Of a stretch of DNA of 64,000 bases, positions 27,610 through 39,400 are shown in pieces. This DNA is from Botryllus schlosseri (lineage: Eukaryota). The notes below the pieces were generated by a model. The model made no database searches, was not told the origin of the DNA, and saw only the letters and a program-made list of their open reading frames with translations. The stretch is taken from assembly GCA_051294905.1 (NCBI GenBank), contig CM119371.1:28894001-28958000 (forward strand). Direction: 5' to 3'. Numbering within the stretch: position 1 is the first letter of the stretch; every line of letters starts with the position of its first letter. The position numbers and the translations under genes were made by a program.

Positions 27610-28430
27610 CGGTGAGGTAATCTCATCCTAGCAAAAGATTTCCCACATATTTCAAAATTAAAACGTTCGGTACCAGCATGCATATCCATTCATATGACGT
27701 TTGAGGGTGCGCTTCTGCACAAATGCATCGCCACATATGTGACATTTACGGTATGTTTTACTTGAACATGCATGTCCAATTGGCCATATGACTCTAGTGA
27801 TGCGCTTGTGATTAAATGCTTTCACTCATGTAACACATTCATGATTTCTCGTCCCAGCATGCATTTTCATATGAATCTGGAGGCGGCGTCGCTGGAAAAA
27901 TGCATTGCCACATATTTCACATGTTTGAGTTTGGATGTCAGCATGTATCTCCATATGCTTCTTGAGGTAACTTTTATTTGCGAACAAATATTTTCCCACA
28001 TAAGTCACACTTGAAACTTTCGACATCGGCATGATCACTCATATGATCCTTGAGGTTACCCTTCCAAGTGAATAGTTTCCCACATACATCGCATTCATAA
28101 TTTTTGATTCCAGCATGCGTGACCATATGAATCTTGAGGCCGCATAGTTGCGAAAATAGATTTCCACATATTTCACATTTATAAGTTTCAATGTCCGAAT
28201 GTGTCTTGATATGCTCCTTGAGGTAACTTTTGCGAACAAATACTTTCCCACATATGTCACATTCTGGACTTTTTACGTCGGCGATACACATATCTGCCTT
28301 GAGGTTACCCTTCCGAGTAAATAGTTTCCAACATACATCTCATTTATGATTTTTGATTCCAGCATGTATGTATATCCATATGAATCTTGAGGCTGCGTTG
28401 CTGCGAAAATGCATTCCTACATATTTCACA
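27610..28430 (-). pseudogene. Decayed continuation of the ZF gene 1 finger array (probably now 3' UTR)
   Basis: After the TAA the frame continues CEICRNAFSQQRSLKIHMDIH. ORFs 27974..28291 and 27826..28038 carry further fingers in shifted frames, with 4-bp duplications near 28370 and 27975. Confidence 0.85.
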
Positions 28431-29552
28431 TTACCGAGTTTTCACGTCCGCATGTATCTTGATATGCTTCTTGAGGTAACTTTTGCCAGCAAATACTTTC
28501 CCACAAATGTCACATTCGTGGTTTTTGACGCTAACATGTGTACCCAAATGGACATCAAGGTGGTATTTAGTCCTAAATGATTTTCCACATATATCACAAA
28601 CATGAATTTTAATATCGGCATGAACATTCATATGAATTTTAAGGCTAACGTTCCGAGTAAATCGTTTCCCACATACATCACATTCATAATTTTTGATATC
28701 GGCATGTATGTTCATATGTTTCTTGAGGTTACTCTTCTGAGTAAATCGTCCCCCACATACATCACATTCATAATTTTTGATATCGGCATGTATGTTCATA
28801 TGTTTCTTGAGGTTACTCTTCTGAGTAAATCGTCCCCCACATACATCACATTCATAATTTGTTTTGCGGGCATGCGTATCCATATGATGGCGAAGGTCGC
28901 ATCTATCAGCAAATCCTCTCCCACATATATCACATTTATGATTTTTCACACTGGCATGACGCTTCAGGTGTTGTTCTAGGCCAGGTTTCTGAAAAAATGC
29001 TTTCTCACATATATCACATTTATAATTTTTGATGCTCGAATGTATCTGAATATGAACCTTGAGGCGTGCTTTCAAACCGAAGGCTTTCCCACATATATCA
29101 CATTTATGACTTTTGACGTCGGAGTGATTACTCATATGAGCCTTGAGGTTACCTTTCCGAGTAAACAGTTTCCCACATACATCGCATTCATAATTTTCGA
29201 TTCCAGCATGCATAGCCATATGAGTCTTGAGGCCGCGTTGCTGCGAAAATGCATACCCACATATTTCACATTTATGAGTTTTGATGTCGGCGTGTATCTC
29301 CATATGCTCTTTGCGGTTACTTTTGGAAGCAAATACTTTCCCACAGATGTCACATTTATGATTCTTGATGCCATAGTGCACATCATCCATATGATGCTTA
29401 AGATTACACTTCCATCTCAACGCTTTTCCACATACATCACATCTATGAATTTTAACGGCAGTATGCAAATCCATATGAAGGTTGAGGCTACCCTTCTGAG
29501 CAAAGGTTTTCCAACAAATTTTACACTTATGATTGTTGGCCACTGCATGCAT
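28431..29552 (-). CDS. Tandem C2H2 zinc-finger protein, 13 intact fingers (ZF gene 1)
   Basis: ORF track 28431..29702 contains 13 CxxC-x12-H-x3/4-H units at ~28-aa period. The track start is TTG; the first ATG is at 29552 (MHAVANNHKC). A splice acceptor (tctttttccacag) opens the exon at 29773. Confidence 0.85.
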   Translation of the reverse strand: MHAVANNHKCKICWKTFAQKGSLNLHMDLHTAVKIHRCDVCGKALRWKCNLKHHMDDVHYGIKNHKCDICGKVFASKSNRKEHMEIHADIKTHKCEICGYAFSQQRGLKTHMAMHAGIENYECDVCGKLFTRKGNLKAHMSNHSDVKSHKCDICGKAFGLKARLKVHIQIHSSIKNYKCDICEKAFFQKPGLEQHLKRHASVKNHKCDICGRGFADRCDLRHHMDTHARKTNYECDVCGGRFTQKSNLKKHMNIHADIKNYECDVCGGRFTQKSNLKKHMNIHADIKNYECDVCGKRFTRNVSLKIHMNVHADIKIHVCDICGKSFRTKYHLDVHLGTHVSVKNHECDICGKVFAGKSYLKKHIKIHADVKTR

Positions 29553-30512
29553 ATCCTTATCAAGCTTCGGGTTACTGTTCCGACAAAGTTCTTGACTGAA
29601 AATATCAGTTTGATGATCTTCTAAATTGTGATGAATGGAATAATAGGAATCACAGGTATCACAGAACTCAGAGATAATATCTGAGTTGGACTGTTCGGAC
29701 AAATTTTGTGAACTCTATTCAGCACATATAACTTGGTTCAATGACAGCAGGACATCATCTGATATGTATGAAGCTGTGGAAAAAGATAATCATTAGATTG
29801 TTGACTGCGCAATTGCTATGCCCTATTCTAGTACATAATTCAACATAGCGAAACAAATGTATAAAGAGCATCATCAGTATATCACTTTTGTTTCACTCAA
29901 ACTATAACGAGAGAGCAAAGTTACGAAGGAGTTATTGAGATGAATGTTAGTGTTGAAATAACTAAACTAGAAAACAGAGCTATGTGGTAAAAGTGCACTT
30001 ATATCGTTTAATTCAGTGGTTCACAAACTTTTTTAGACACGCCTCCTTTTATGATGGTGACAAATTCCGCATCCTCTCATCGTCATATCACAATGGATAG
30101 TTTGATGACATGGAAGGTAGTGACTGATGAGAGAATTCTCAAATGTGAAATTAGGACTCTACACAGAGCAGTTCCGCGCCCCTTCACATGCTTTCACGCC
30201 GCCCTGGGGGCGCCCATAGTTTGAGAACCACTGCTGGTCCAATTAAATAAAGATTATTTCTCACAGAATATAGCACACGGCACGAAAGATGTGGCTATGA
30301 GCGGCATTGATCAATATGTCAGGAAGGATTTCTTCAGTACTTTATCATATGCTTCATTCATAGTAAAACTGGGAAATACACACATAATCCTAGGAACGAC
30401 CTGTCTATTGGGGAAAATGGCGAGATTGCACTCAATTTTGAAAATTTCAGTAATTGAGACAAATTGTTATCCCTATGCAATACATGAAGAGCTCAGATTA
30501 CAGAATAGCGGT

Positions 30513-31037
30513 CACGGTTGTAATGACTCGAGTCACGATTTTTTGGAGACTCGTCTTGAATCAAATCATTTTACAAATGCGTAATATAATTTGATTCGAT
30601 TCAATTTGTGCATTGACTCGACTTGTGCTCGAGTCATTGTGCATTGAGTCGAACGAAGTCATATGACTGGAGACTATGACCGCCAAGACAGACATTTCAT
30701 TGAGACTTCGAAGAATAGTAGAGTCACCACATTATTGGTAATTCGTCTCCACCAGTCCTGATACTTGAGAAATAAGGTGAGAAACTTTCAGGACTGAGGA
30801 AAATTATGATATTATCAATGCGAGCGAAGCCATTCTATATCACTCGAGCAGAGTTGAGAAAATCGGGTTGAACAGGATCAAACTAAAAATGGAGCAGTGA
30901 ACACTATGACTCGGACTCTACTTACTGACTTACTTGACTCAGTGATAAATTAAAAATGACTCGACTTGACTCGAGTCAAAACTATAAAACTGAGATCGAC
31001 TTGTGACTCGGAGCCTTGTGACTTCGTTACAACCCTG
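30513..31037. mobile_element. GACTC-rich hAT-like MITE
   Basis: Ends cacggttgtaa...ttacaaccctg with GACTCGAGTC arrays; TSD not clearly preserved. Confidence 0.7.
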
Positions 31038-31308
31038 CTGAGTGGTAAGCAAGCGACTAAAAAAACGACCGCCAAGCCGGCCAGCAGATTAGTGGGTAAC
31101 ACTAGGATTCTGAGCGGCCTGCAGACTGTTACCGATCTTGCGTGATAATTATAGTTCTTTATTTTCTTTGATTCTTTGTTTTACATATTAGTAACTTGAC
31201 AAGCATGGCATATTCCGTCACGAAGGGTCCTTCCATTTTTCTTTCAGTGATAATTAATACCTTGCCTCAAGCCGTAAAATTAATCGAGGTGCAATTTGAG
31301 CTAATTAG

Positions 31309-32270
31309 TAGGGATGGTGTGAACCTCTGAAAGGTTCAGGTTCGTGTGAACGCGAACCTTTTTGAAAGGTTCTGTGTGAACACGAACGTGAACCTCATGA
31401 CGTCCCCTGACGTCATATTGCCAATTCCAACCCTATATTTCAATAAAGTGATAGCCTATATTTATATCAATGTGCACGATACCTAGCGACGACTCGGGTC
31501 ACATAATGCCACAATGCTGAATTAGATATTGACGTTCTAAACGTCACAAAATGTATCAACTGAGGCAACCAAATGACATAATAATCCCATAAAATCAATA
31601 TCTTCCGTCTCTTTGCCAACGATTTCGACGAGGACTTGTAAGGGAATATAAGCTTACGCCTTAACTGTCTCGGCCAGATATTGATATTGAGCAGAGTGTA
31701 AAACGGGTTTCTATACTTGCTACCGATATTACCCCAGCAACAAAAGCTATACAGCATCAGTAGCCAAACCCCAACCGCATGGATTTTGCTTCTATGATAC
31801 AATAAACATATAAACTCAAGATTGACCCTGTACACCTGCTAGATTTTTTACATCATGACAACGATGCCAATTCCATTGATTGGTTGAATAAGTGTCGTTC
31901 ACTGATTACATGTAGTGTATTTTACTCTTAATGTTGTGTCATTACGGGTCAAGCTCAAAGCAGAGAGTCACAAATATCCGCAAACGGAAAGCTGGATATT
32001 TCGAGCAAATTTTTGCAACAAAGCAAGTAGAATTTTTGAAATTGCGAAGGTGCATATGCTCGTTTAGTGTTGACTTTTTTATGCTGCAAGCGCCATGTAT
32101 AGAGTGGCCCGCAGTTGAAATGTAATAAATTTCAACCAAAGATGTTATAATGAAGTGAAAAAGGTTCACAGTGCCGAACCCACCAAGGTTCGTTTGTGAA
32201 CGTGAACGTCTAAATTTCTGAGGTTCACACACAGAACGCGAACGTGAACCTCACGTTCAGACCATCCCTA
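31309..32270. mobile_element. Non-autonomous hAT (Ac-like TAGGGATG ends) element
   Basis: TIR tagggatggtgtgaac...gttcagaccatcccta; perfect TSD ctaattag; subterminal GTGAAC repeats; the internal part recurs at ~6530-7295. Confidence 0.9.
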
Positions 32271-32349
32271 CTAATTAGTGTACCGTAGTGACTGTTGGTT
32301 AGCATCACCGAATGAATCTAAGTGTTCCAACTTGAGAAAGATGGCCACG

Positions 32350-32540
32350 AAATCACTTGTCCTGTTTGGATCGTACATTGCGAGCAAACATTTTTCACCT
32401 TGAACATTAACAAGACAAAGCTGCGTTCCAATTTAATTGATGTTCATGTGCAGTCTTTACTAATGGTTTCTGCGTCCGACATGCAGCCATTGTCCAAAGA
32501 ACTTTTTCACAACTTTGATCGCAAACATGTCACATTAGCT
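32350..32540 (+). mobile_element. hAT (Buster-type) transposase C-terminal remnant
   Basis: CEQTFFTLNINKTKLRSNLIDVHVQSLL in ORF 32322..32699 matches CEQ.FS.M..NK.KLRS.LTD.HL. Confidence 0.75.
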
Positions 32541-35000
32541 TCAACAACTATTGTTGAATTAATAAATTCATTAAGTACTGTCTTTTACCTCTGTGCTATG
32601 AACATAAACTTTACACAAAATCGTATTTTGTTTAAGTGGATTGACTTATCGATTCAGGAATCCGGCCTGTCATTTTCCCATACAACGTCCGTCGACTGAA
32701 GAAGTTAACCCCCCTAAACTATTACAGTTGTTCCCAACCATATTTGTTACAAGCTAGAGATCGTCAAGCATTGTGTCGCTCTTATATCAATAAAATTGAC
32801 TGAACTATTTAACATTACCGCCGCACAATCAACCCATTTCTCTTAAATCTTCACCAGGTGGCGATATCGAGCCCTCTGGGAACCACTGCTCTCTGGCATT
32901 GTGGTGAGGAAAAGTTTCTAGTTTCATTGTGTCCAAGTCACGATATTCATTACACCCCTGTAAAACTCATACAAGTAGAACACCCTTGGCAAATTTTGGT
33001 AGACCCTAGGTCAGTGGTTGGTAACCTGTTGAAATGTGGGGACCTCCAACACTAATCTGCCTGCCTTTTTGTGATGTCTCATTCTATAGTTATTGATAAA
33101 AAACAATGAGCCTGAAAGAAACTCACGGGAAAGCCGTTAGGATTCCGACCAAAGCGTTTGGAAGTAGCTGCTGAAGAGTGGGCGTGTCAACGAGCATAGA
33201 ACTACGAGAATACTAGTGATCACAAAACCACGGCGTTGGATTGGCTAATCGGCTGCGACATTACAGCTGAGCAATTTTAGGAATTTTGGACATTAGTACA
33301 ATGGCAGATTTCGACACTTACGTATGACCAAACATCGTGTTTCAGGCATGTCTGAAGAGAAAGTGACGTTTATTTCACGGGTTTACATCTTGATAAAGGC
33401 CAATGTTAGAGTTTAGAATTATTCATGAAATTGCTTATTATTGAAAAATTAATTTGACACTGATTTGGTGGAAACGAGTCAAAGACATTGAAATAGCCCC
33501 GTGAAAACGATAGTGGTATAATTATTTATCATCAACTCTAATGTACATTGTACAATCTGAAAATAGTACATTGAGCTTAAGCGCTTTTTTCGCCCCAACA
33601 ACTTGAAATTTCATGCTACGGACGTCATATTTTGTGAGATGATTGCATATTAGGGTGAAGTGAGGAATCGAAATATTTGAATTTCTAAACGGACACTTGA
33701 TATGTGGTGCCAAATATCAGAAAAAAGTTCCATATTAATTTTGGGCCAGTGCACCCTCTAGTGGTCGTGCAATTTCACCAAACGAGCCAAAAATAGCTAA
33801 TTTCGCTATATATTGATCACTGCTTACACTAGAAAGCAGATTTTGGTCTTTAAAGATGCAGAAGCAACAAGTTTATATCTCACTTCCTCAGAACTTTGTC
33901 TTAAAAATATACAAAAAAGTGATACTGGTAGGCCTAAGCAAATTATTGATTTTTATACCGTTTATAGGTAAAATTGGGCACTGAAGCAGTGAGTACAATG
34001 CCAAAAGCGTATAGTGATTGATCTTATGACTGATAAATCCATATTGAAAGCAAAGAAATTACAAATACATATTGAAAATACAAAAACATCAAATCTATAT
34101 TGACAAAAAGAACTATAACTACCCGAGTATCAGTCTGCACAAACTTCAAAATCATGTTTAGCATTGAAGGATTCTATTGGATTTTGAGACTTCAGTTTTC
34201 GTCTGATGAGACCACACACAAACGCTCAAATCTCCCTCGAAATCTAAATAACACCTCCCTTGATTTCCGTATCCAATGGCACATCACATTTAGTCATCTT
34301 GCCCAGTAATTCGTACTAGCAGTGTGGCGCGCTGCCAGTTGGCGAGAAGCGTGTTGCAAATTAGCGAGAGCCGTCTGCGCTGTACAACAGGACGTGAGCT
34401 CCTACTGAGTTGGTTTGAGGTTTGCACGCGAGCGAAATTTATCGCGTCAACGACAGGCCTGAACAAGTGGACATTGAACAGTCGCATATACAGCAGGAGT
34501 GGTGCGCACGATATAATCGTTCGCCTGAACAATCGCATCTGTAATAGGCCTCGTAAACAAGACAGCCTCGCCGGCCTGAACTATCGCGCCACTGACATCG
34601 CAGGATTTGGCTGGTATCTTCAATCATTCTGAGACAATGCCGTTAAGTGTATAACAAGTAGCGATATTTGTTGTCATGATTGTTCAACAGTGACCTCGCA
34701 AAACACAATTACACCGGATATTAAAACATAACCAAGGTCAAAACAAGATGCTTGTATAATAGGCATTTACGCATGTACTATTCATGTACTGCGAATGCAG
34801 AGGCGTACTATACATGGGTACAGGCTTTTTCCCAAAATTTACATGCCACTCACTTTAAGGGTGCGTAATCGTATTATACATGGGGCCATATGAGCGTATT
34901 ATAAATGGAAAATTACGGTACTAGGAAATTTGAACTGGAACCATTATTTGGAGATATACACTACAAAAGTTAGGATACTAGTGTCATGACTACATCCAGG

Positions 35001-35291
35001 CAAGCGGTTCTCAAGATGCTGGGCGTAAAAATCATCCGAGGGTGCACGAAGCTGTCGTCGTCGTGTCAACTGAAAGTTTGCACGCCCGGCGTGATTTACC
35101 GCCTGTTCATAGTTCTTGTGCAGTGTATGGTCAAAATATCATGTTTGAGAATTCTCTCATCATCAGCAATAACCTTCCATGCCATCAAACTATCCTATCC
35201 TTCTGGTTGCATTTTGTGATATGACAATTAGGGGTAGCACAAAATTTTTTACTATTATGGGGGCGTGTTTACAAAAGTTTGAGAACCACTG
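35001..35291. mobile_element. Short hAT MITE, with a relative at ~63588-63874
   Basis: Degenerate cagtggttctcaa/ttgagaaccactg ends; shared internal ttgagaattctctcatca...catcaaactatcc. Confidence 0.7.
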
Positions 35292-35975
35292 ATCTAGGCG
35301 AAAGTAAAGGGGGGGTTTTAGGCGAAAGTAAAGGGGCGGGGGTTCTTCCCTTTAATTTACCGGACATGACATCACATAAATTTGTTTTGTCACTTAACAC
35401 TGCTGCATCACCATTGTAGTTGACCATGTCATAAACAAGGTAAACTGTGATTGCAAATTTGCAACTAACAAATACGGTGACACGCTTTTGCAAGGCTCGC
35501 AAAATAGGCATACCGGTAAACCAATGAGCTTGGCCACAGATTTTTACACCCTAAATTTTCTATCAGCAATCATGCATGGCACATTAGTTCCTAGAAACAG
35601 GGCTAATAACTTTGGCAACAATGTATTATTCGGTTAACTTCCGTATGTTTGCAATTTGAAATTGATAATATGAACGGCACCAATTCCCTTAGGTTGGGCA
35701 CAACGAATCCATTCCACAGGTGACATTGGTTGCCGGCATGTCAACAACTTTGTTTTGGCAATTGGACAAACTATGCATTGAGCTAGACAAATTATATTTT
35801 TCCGATGTTGATCCAAGAATTCCTCTATCGTTCAAGTAAGACAAGTGCAAAATAGAGGGAGAAACATTGATACAGCCAAGAACGGTCATAGCTGAAACCC
35901 AACTGTTCACGACATAAGGAAATTATTTGATTGTTCCGTATCAAATGAAATGATTCTGGCTGGCATACTTTCAAC

Positions 35976-36472
35976 TAGGGCTGGGCAAAATCGAGTACCT
36001 GAGTGATTCGATTCTTCGAGTCGAGTAATCGAGTATCACTCATTATGACGTCATAGCATAATGTCATATGTCAAAGTTCAAATACGTACCTCTGATCTGA
36101 TACGTCCACAAAGAATATAATGTCCATTACATCATCACTTTGGTATTTTTTCGACCATATCGATTTCATTGCCCTTGGTGACAATGCTGTGGGATGATCA
36201 TGACTTAGGAAAACTGCTATTTCCAGTAACGTTCGAAATTCAGTACTACAATATATGTTTTGTATGTTGCGACACGGCTAATCAAGGTTTCAAGGCTTCA
36301 ATAGTGAAAATTAGTACCGAAACTATATTTATCATTGATAAATTAACTTTCAGTGGCGAGGAGCGTATAATTTCAGTACTCGAAAAAATCGTCTTTTGCT
36401 GCTCTCGACTCGAATCATTAAAATTAATACTCAATTCAGAATCGAGCACTCGAATCATTGTGCCCAGCCCTA
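35976..36472. mobile_element. hAT MITE (TAGGGCTGGGCA family)
   Basis: TIR tagggctgggca...tgcccagcccta; perfect TSD ctttcaac; relatives at 60905-61410, ~23000-23338 and ~16640-16720. Confidence 0.9.
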
Positions 36473-39400
36473 CTTTCAACATTAATCATATTTTTGACAC
36501 CCTAAATAACTGAAAGGTACCATACTATATTTGCCCTATGATAAAAAAGTGAGTATATTAATCTGTAATTATTAGCAAACCCATCACAGCAAGCCGAACA
36601 TACCGGAATCTATAACCGGGAGCGACGTAATTGCATCCCCAGTCACTTTCAGTTCAAAGGTATGGATTCGGTTGTGGAACACAAATTCTATACATACACA
36701 CATACAATGTGCCAGTAATTTACACTTCAAGCAGAAAACAGCTACAGAAACTCATTGTGACGCTCAAACATCCTTGTTAAGGATTCTGCACTGATTTGTT
36801 GGAGCCAATGCCACATAACCATCATGCAGTGGTGATGCAAGATTTGACAACACGTTTGCCTGATGCAAGAAGAGTTAACGCACCGCAGACATGGCCGATA
36901 TTAGCAGCAAACAGAAACAGCTGACGTCAAAGCACAAGAACTACTTTTGGTAACGCCCGCAGTACATTTAGTAAGGAGTCAAAGCACCTTACACAAATAT
37001 AGACTTATGCTATATCTGCTATAAAATGATATATTGATGTCGTGTGATAACTGAGGAGGCAATCGACACTGTGCATATGGTTAACAATAAAAAGAAACTG
37101 CAGCTGATAAGAATGATGCTCCTACTGTTACACTCCCATCGCCTGGTTTACTGTGTGATGCTGTACACTGTGTACACAATTTGCAGAAAGCTGAGAAAAT
37201 CAATCATAACTAGGGCACATTTATGCAACTTTTTTACAGCTTCGGGCAGCATCCTAAATACTCGGAAGATAGGTTGAATACCGTTTTAAGCTGTTTGAAG
37301 GAATCTTATAGAGCAACTTTTGTTCATTTTTTAATGCAAATTTTTGCAACATTTTGCAGCTTTTTCTATTTTTCATGAAAGCATTTTCGATTTTGGTGAA
37401 ATACACCGCTAAATTCGACTGAAATACCATAAATCATCACTGAAGCACTACATAGCAAATCTATGATAATGTTGGGACATAGCAGGCAAATAGCATGGTT
37501 GAACCAGAAGTAAATTATGGTGAGGCACGAAGTCGGTAGAAAATGACGATGCTACATACGAGATTATGTAATCTAGATAGTTTGAATGCTACATGACACA
37601 TCTGTTTTCCCAATGCGAAATATGCTGTATACTAAGCTAACTGAATAGATACATTAGCCTGACTAGTACAAACTGACAATTTAACACAATATTGATGTAC
37701 GTGACGAAGCGCTATCGCTGCTAACTGATCGCTTTTCACAATACGGCGCATGTGCCACTCGCACTCGCTTTCAGACCGCTTTGGCATTGGCAAGTCGAGT
37801 TCACGAACGATCGGGTAGAACATACGCCTCTACCACGCCCATCAACGACGCACGAAACAAAACAACTGAACGACTGAAATATAATGCGTAGTCTTGCGTA
37901 GCGTAGTCGTGTAGCCTGGCTGCCTGGCAACAGCTTATGACATGACCTAACAAAAAACGATATGATGAGTTGGTGACACCATAGTGTCCTATATGGTGTC
38001 GACACAAGCAAATCGCACGGCTCAGTGAAATTGATTCATGTCACAATTTTCTTTTGGTTACAGGCAATTTGACAGTCATTTTTGACCGGCTTGCTGAGCA
38101 TTAAATTTGGTAAAACGGGTATCAATCGAAAGTTGACTCTACACTGATTACGAAATTATAAATTTTATCCCGCTCGCGGCCTTGGAACCCCTACAATCAG
38201 TCTCGAATTTTTCATTGTTATGGAGATTGGCAACGATGCTGTCTGCTATCTGTTCATGACATCGCATTGTGTCTTATCGCATTGTACATTGTGTGTGACT
38301 TGTTCAGATAAAAATAATAACCCAACAATGTTATGTTATGTTACGTGAAAATAGCTCGAGAGCAAAAGAGCGGCTGCGCACTGCGCAGCGACAGTGGGAG
38401 AGCTTAGCTGGCGTCGCGGCAATGTGAAATGAGCTTATGTTTCGAACTTCGAAGTGCAATCGCGTCGTGCCAGGGCTTTGGAGTCGGTAAATTTTACCAC
38501 TGACTCCGGCTCCGACTCCGACTCCACGCATTTTCTATATACTGACTCCGACTCCTGGGTCTTTAAACGTACCGACTCCGACTCCCGACTGCGACTCCAG
38601 CATTATTACCAATTTACTTCGAAAATTATATGCCACATTGTCGGTTGAATGACCATCATACAGCCATTAAACATATGCAAACATATGATTAACGGTGGCA
38701 TGCTAAATTGTTTCATTGTGGCACAGCTCGAATTATCCACTATGCAATTAACATGAAAGAAAGATTTGCTAAATATCCTTCCTTTTTCAAGTTTTTATAA
38801 GATGACCTCGCTCTAATATCCCGAAATGTATGAATCATTCAAATATGGCAGATTTCCAATCCTGTACAATAAAAATGTACATAAAATCCAAGTGTAGCTC
38901 TTGTGTATGAGTCAGCAACTACTAAAGTGATTGAACTTACTAATTTTGTCATTCGCCACACTATACTGATTACAAGCACATACACTCTTACTACTAATAG
39001 ACATTGGTCATTAATGGAATTTAGTTAAGTAGTCAAAGACCATAGCCTATGTCTAGTCTACATGTACTTAATCAAGTAACCTAGGATTGGGACTTGCAGT
39101 CTTTCTTAATCATTTGTTCGACCCAAACAGCTAAGCTGCACTACAAATATTTTTAATTTTGTCAAGTGGGAAGCATTGTTTGGTCATATTTACATCATTT
39201 TTACAATTTTCTAAAACCAGCCGATGCATTTGCTCTGTCACAGTATCATGGTATAATTCCAAAAATTGCATCAATTTTGACTGGATCGCGAAAACGCATA
39301 TTGCGATTTTTTCCCCTGTGCAACTGAGTTGTAATTTGCAGGTAATGCCTAATTTTATCTATATCAGGGGTGGGCAACTTTTTCGGCCAAACGGACACAT

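Noticed and set aside
28431..28433. Programmed stop-codon readthrough into the distal fingers
   Set aside because: A frameshift follows within one finger and the gene 2 tail has several stops; decay explains it better.
28353..29624. Plus-strand ORFs opposite ZF gene 1 (and 53274-55190 opposite gene 2)
   Set aside because: Antisense shadows of the 84-bp periodic finger code; no independent coding signal.
29553..29702. ORF-track N-terminal extensions from TTG (29702) and GTG (55196)
   Set aside because: Non-ATG starts from a prokaryotic-style caller; the DNA is eukaryotic, so the first ATG or a splice junction is more plausible.
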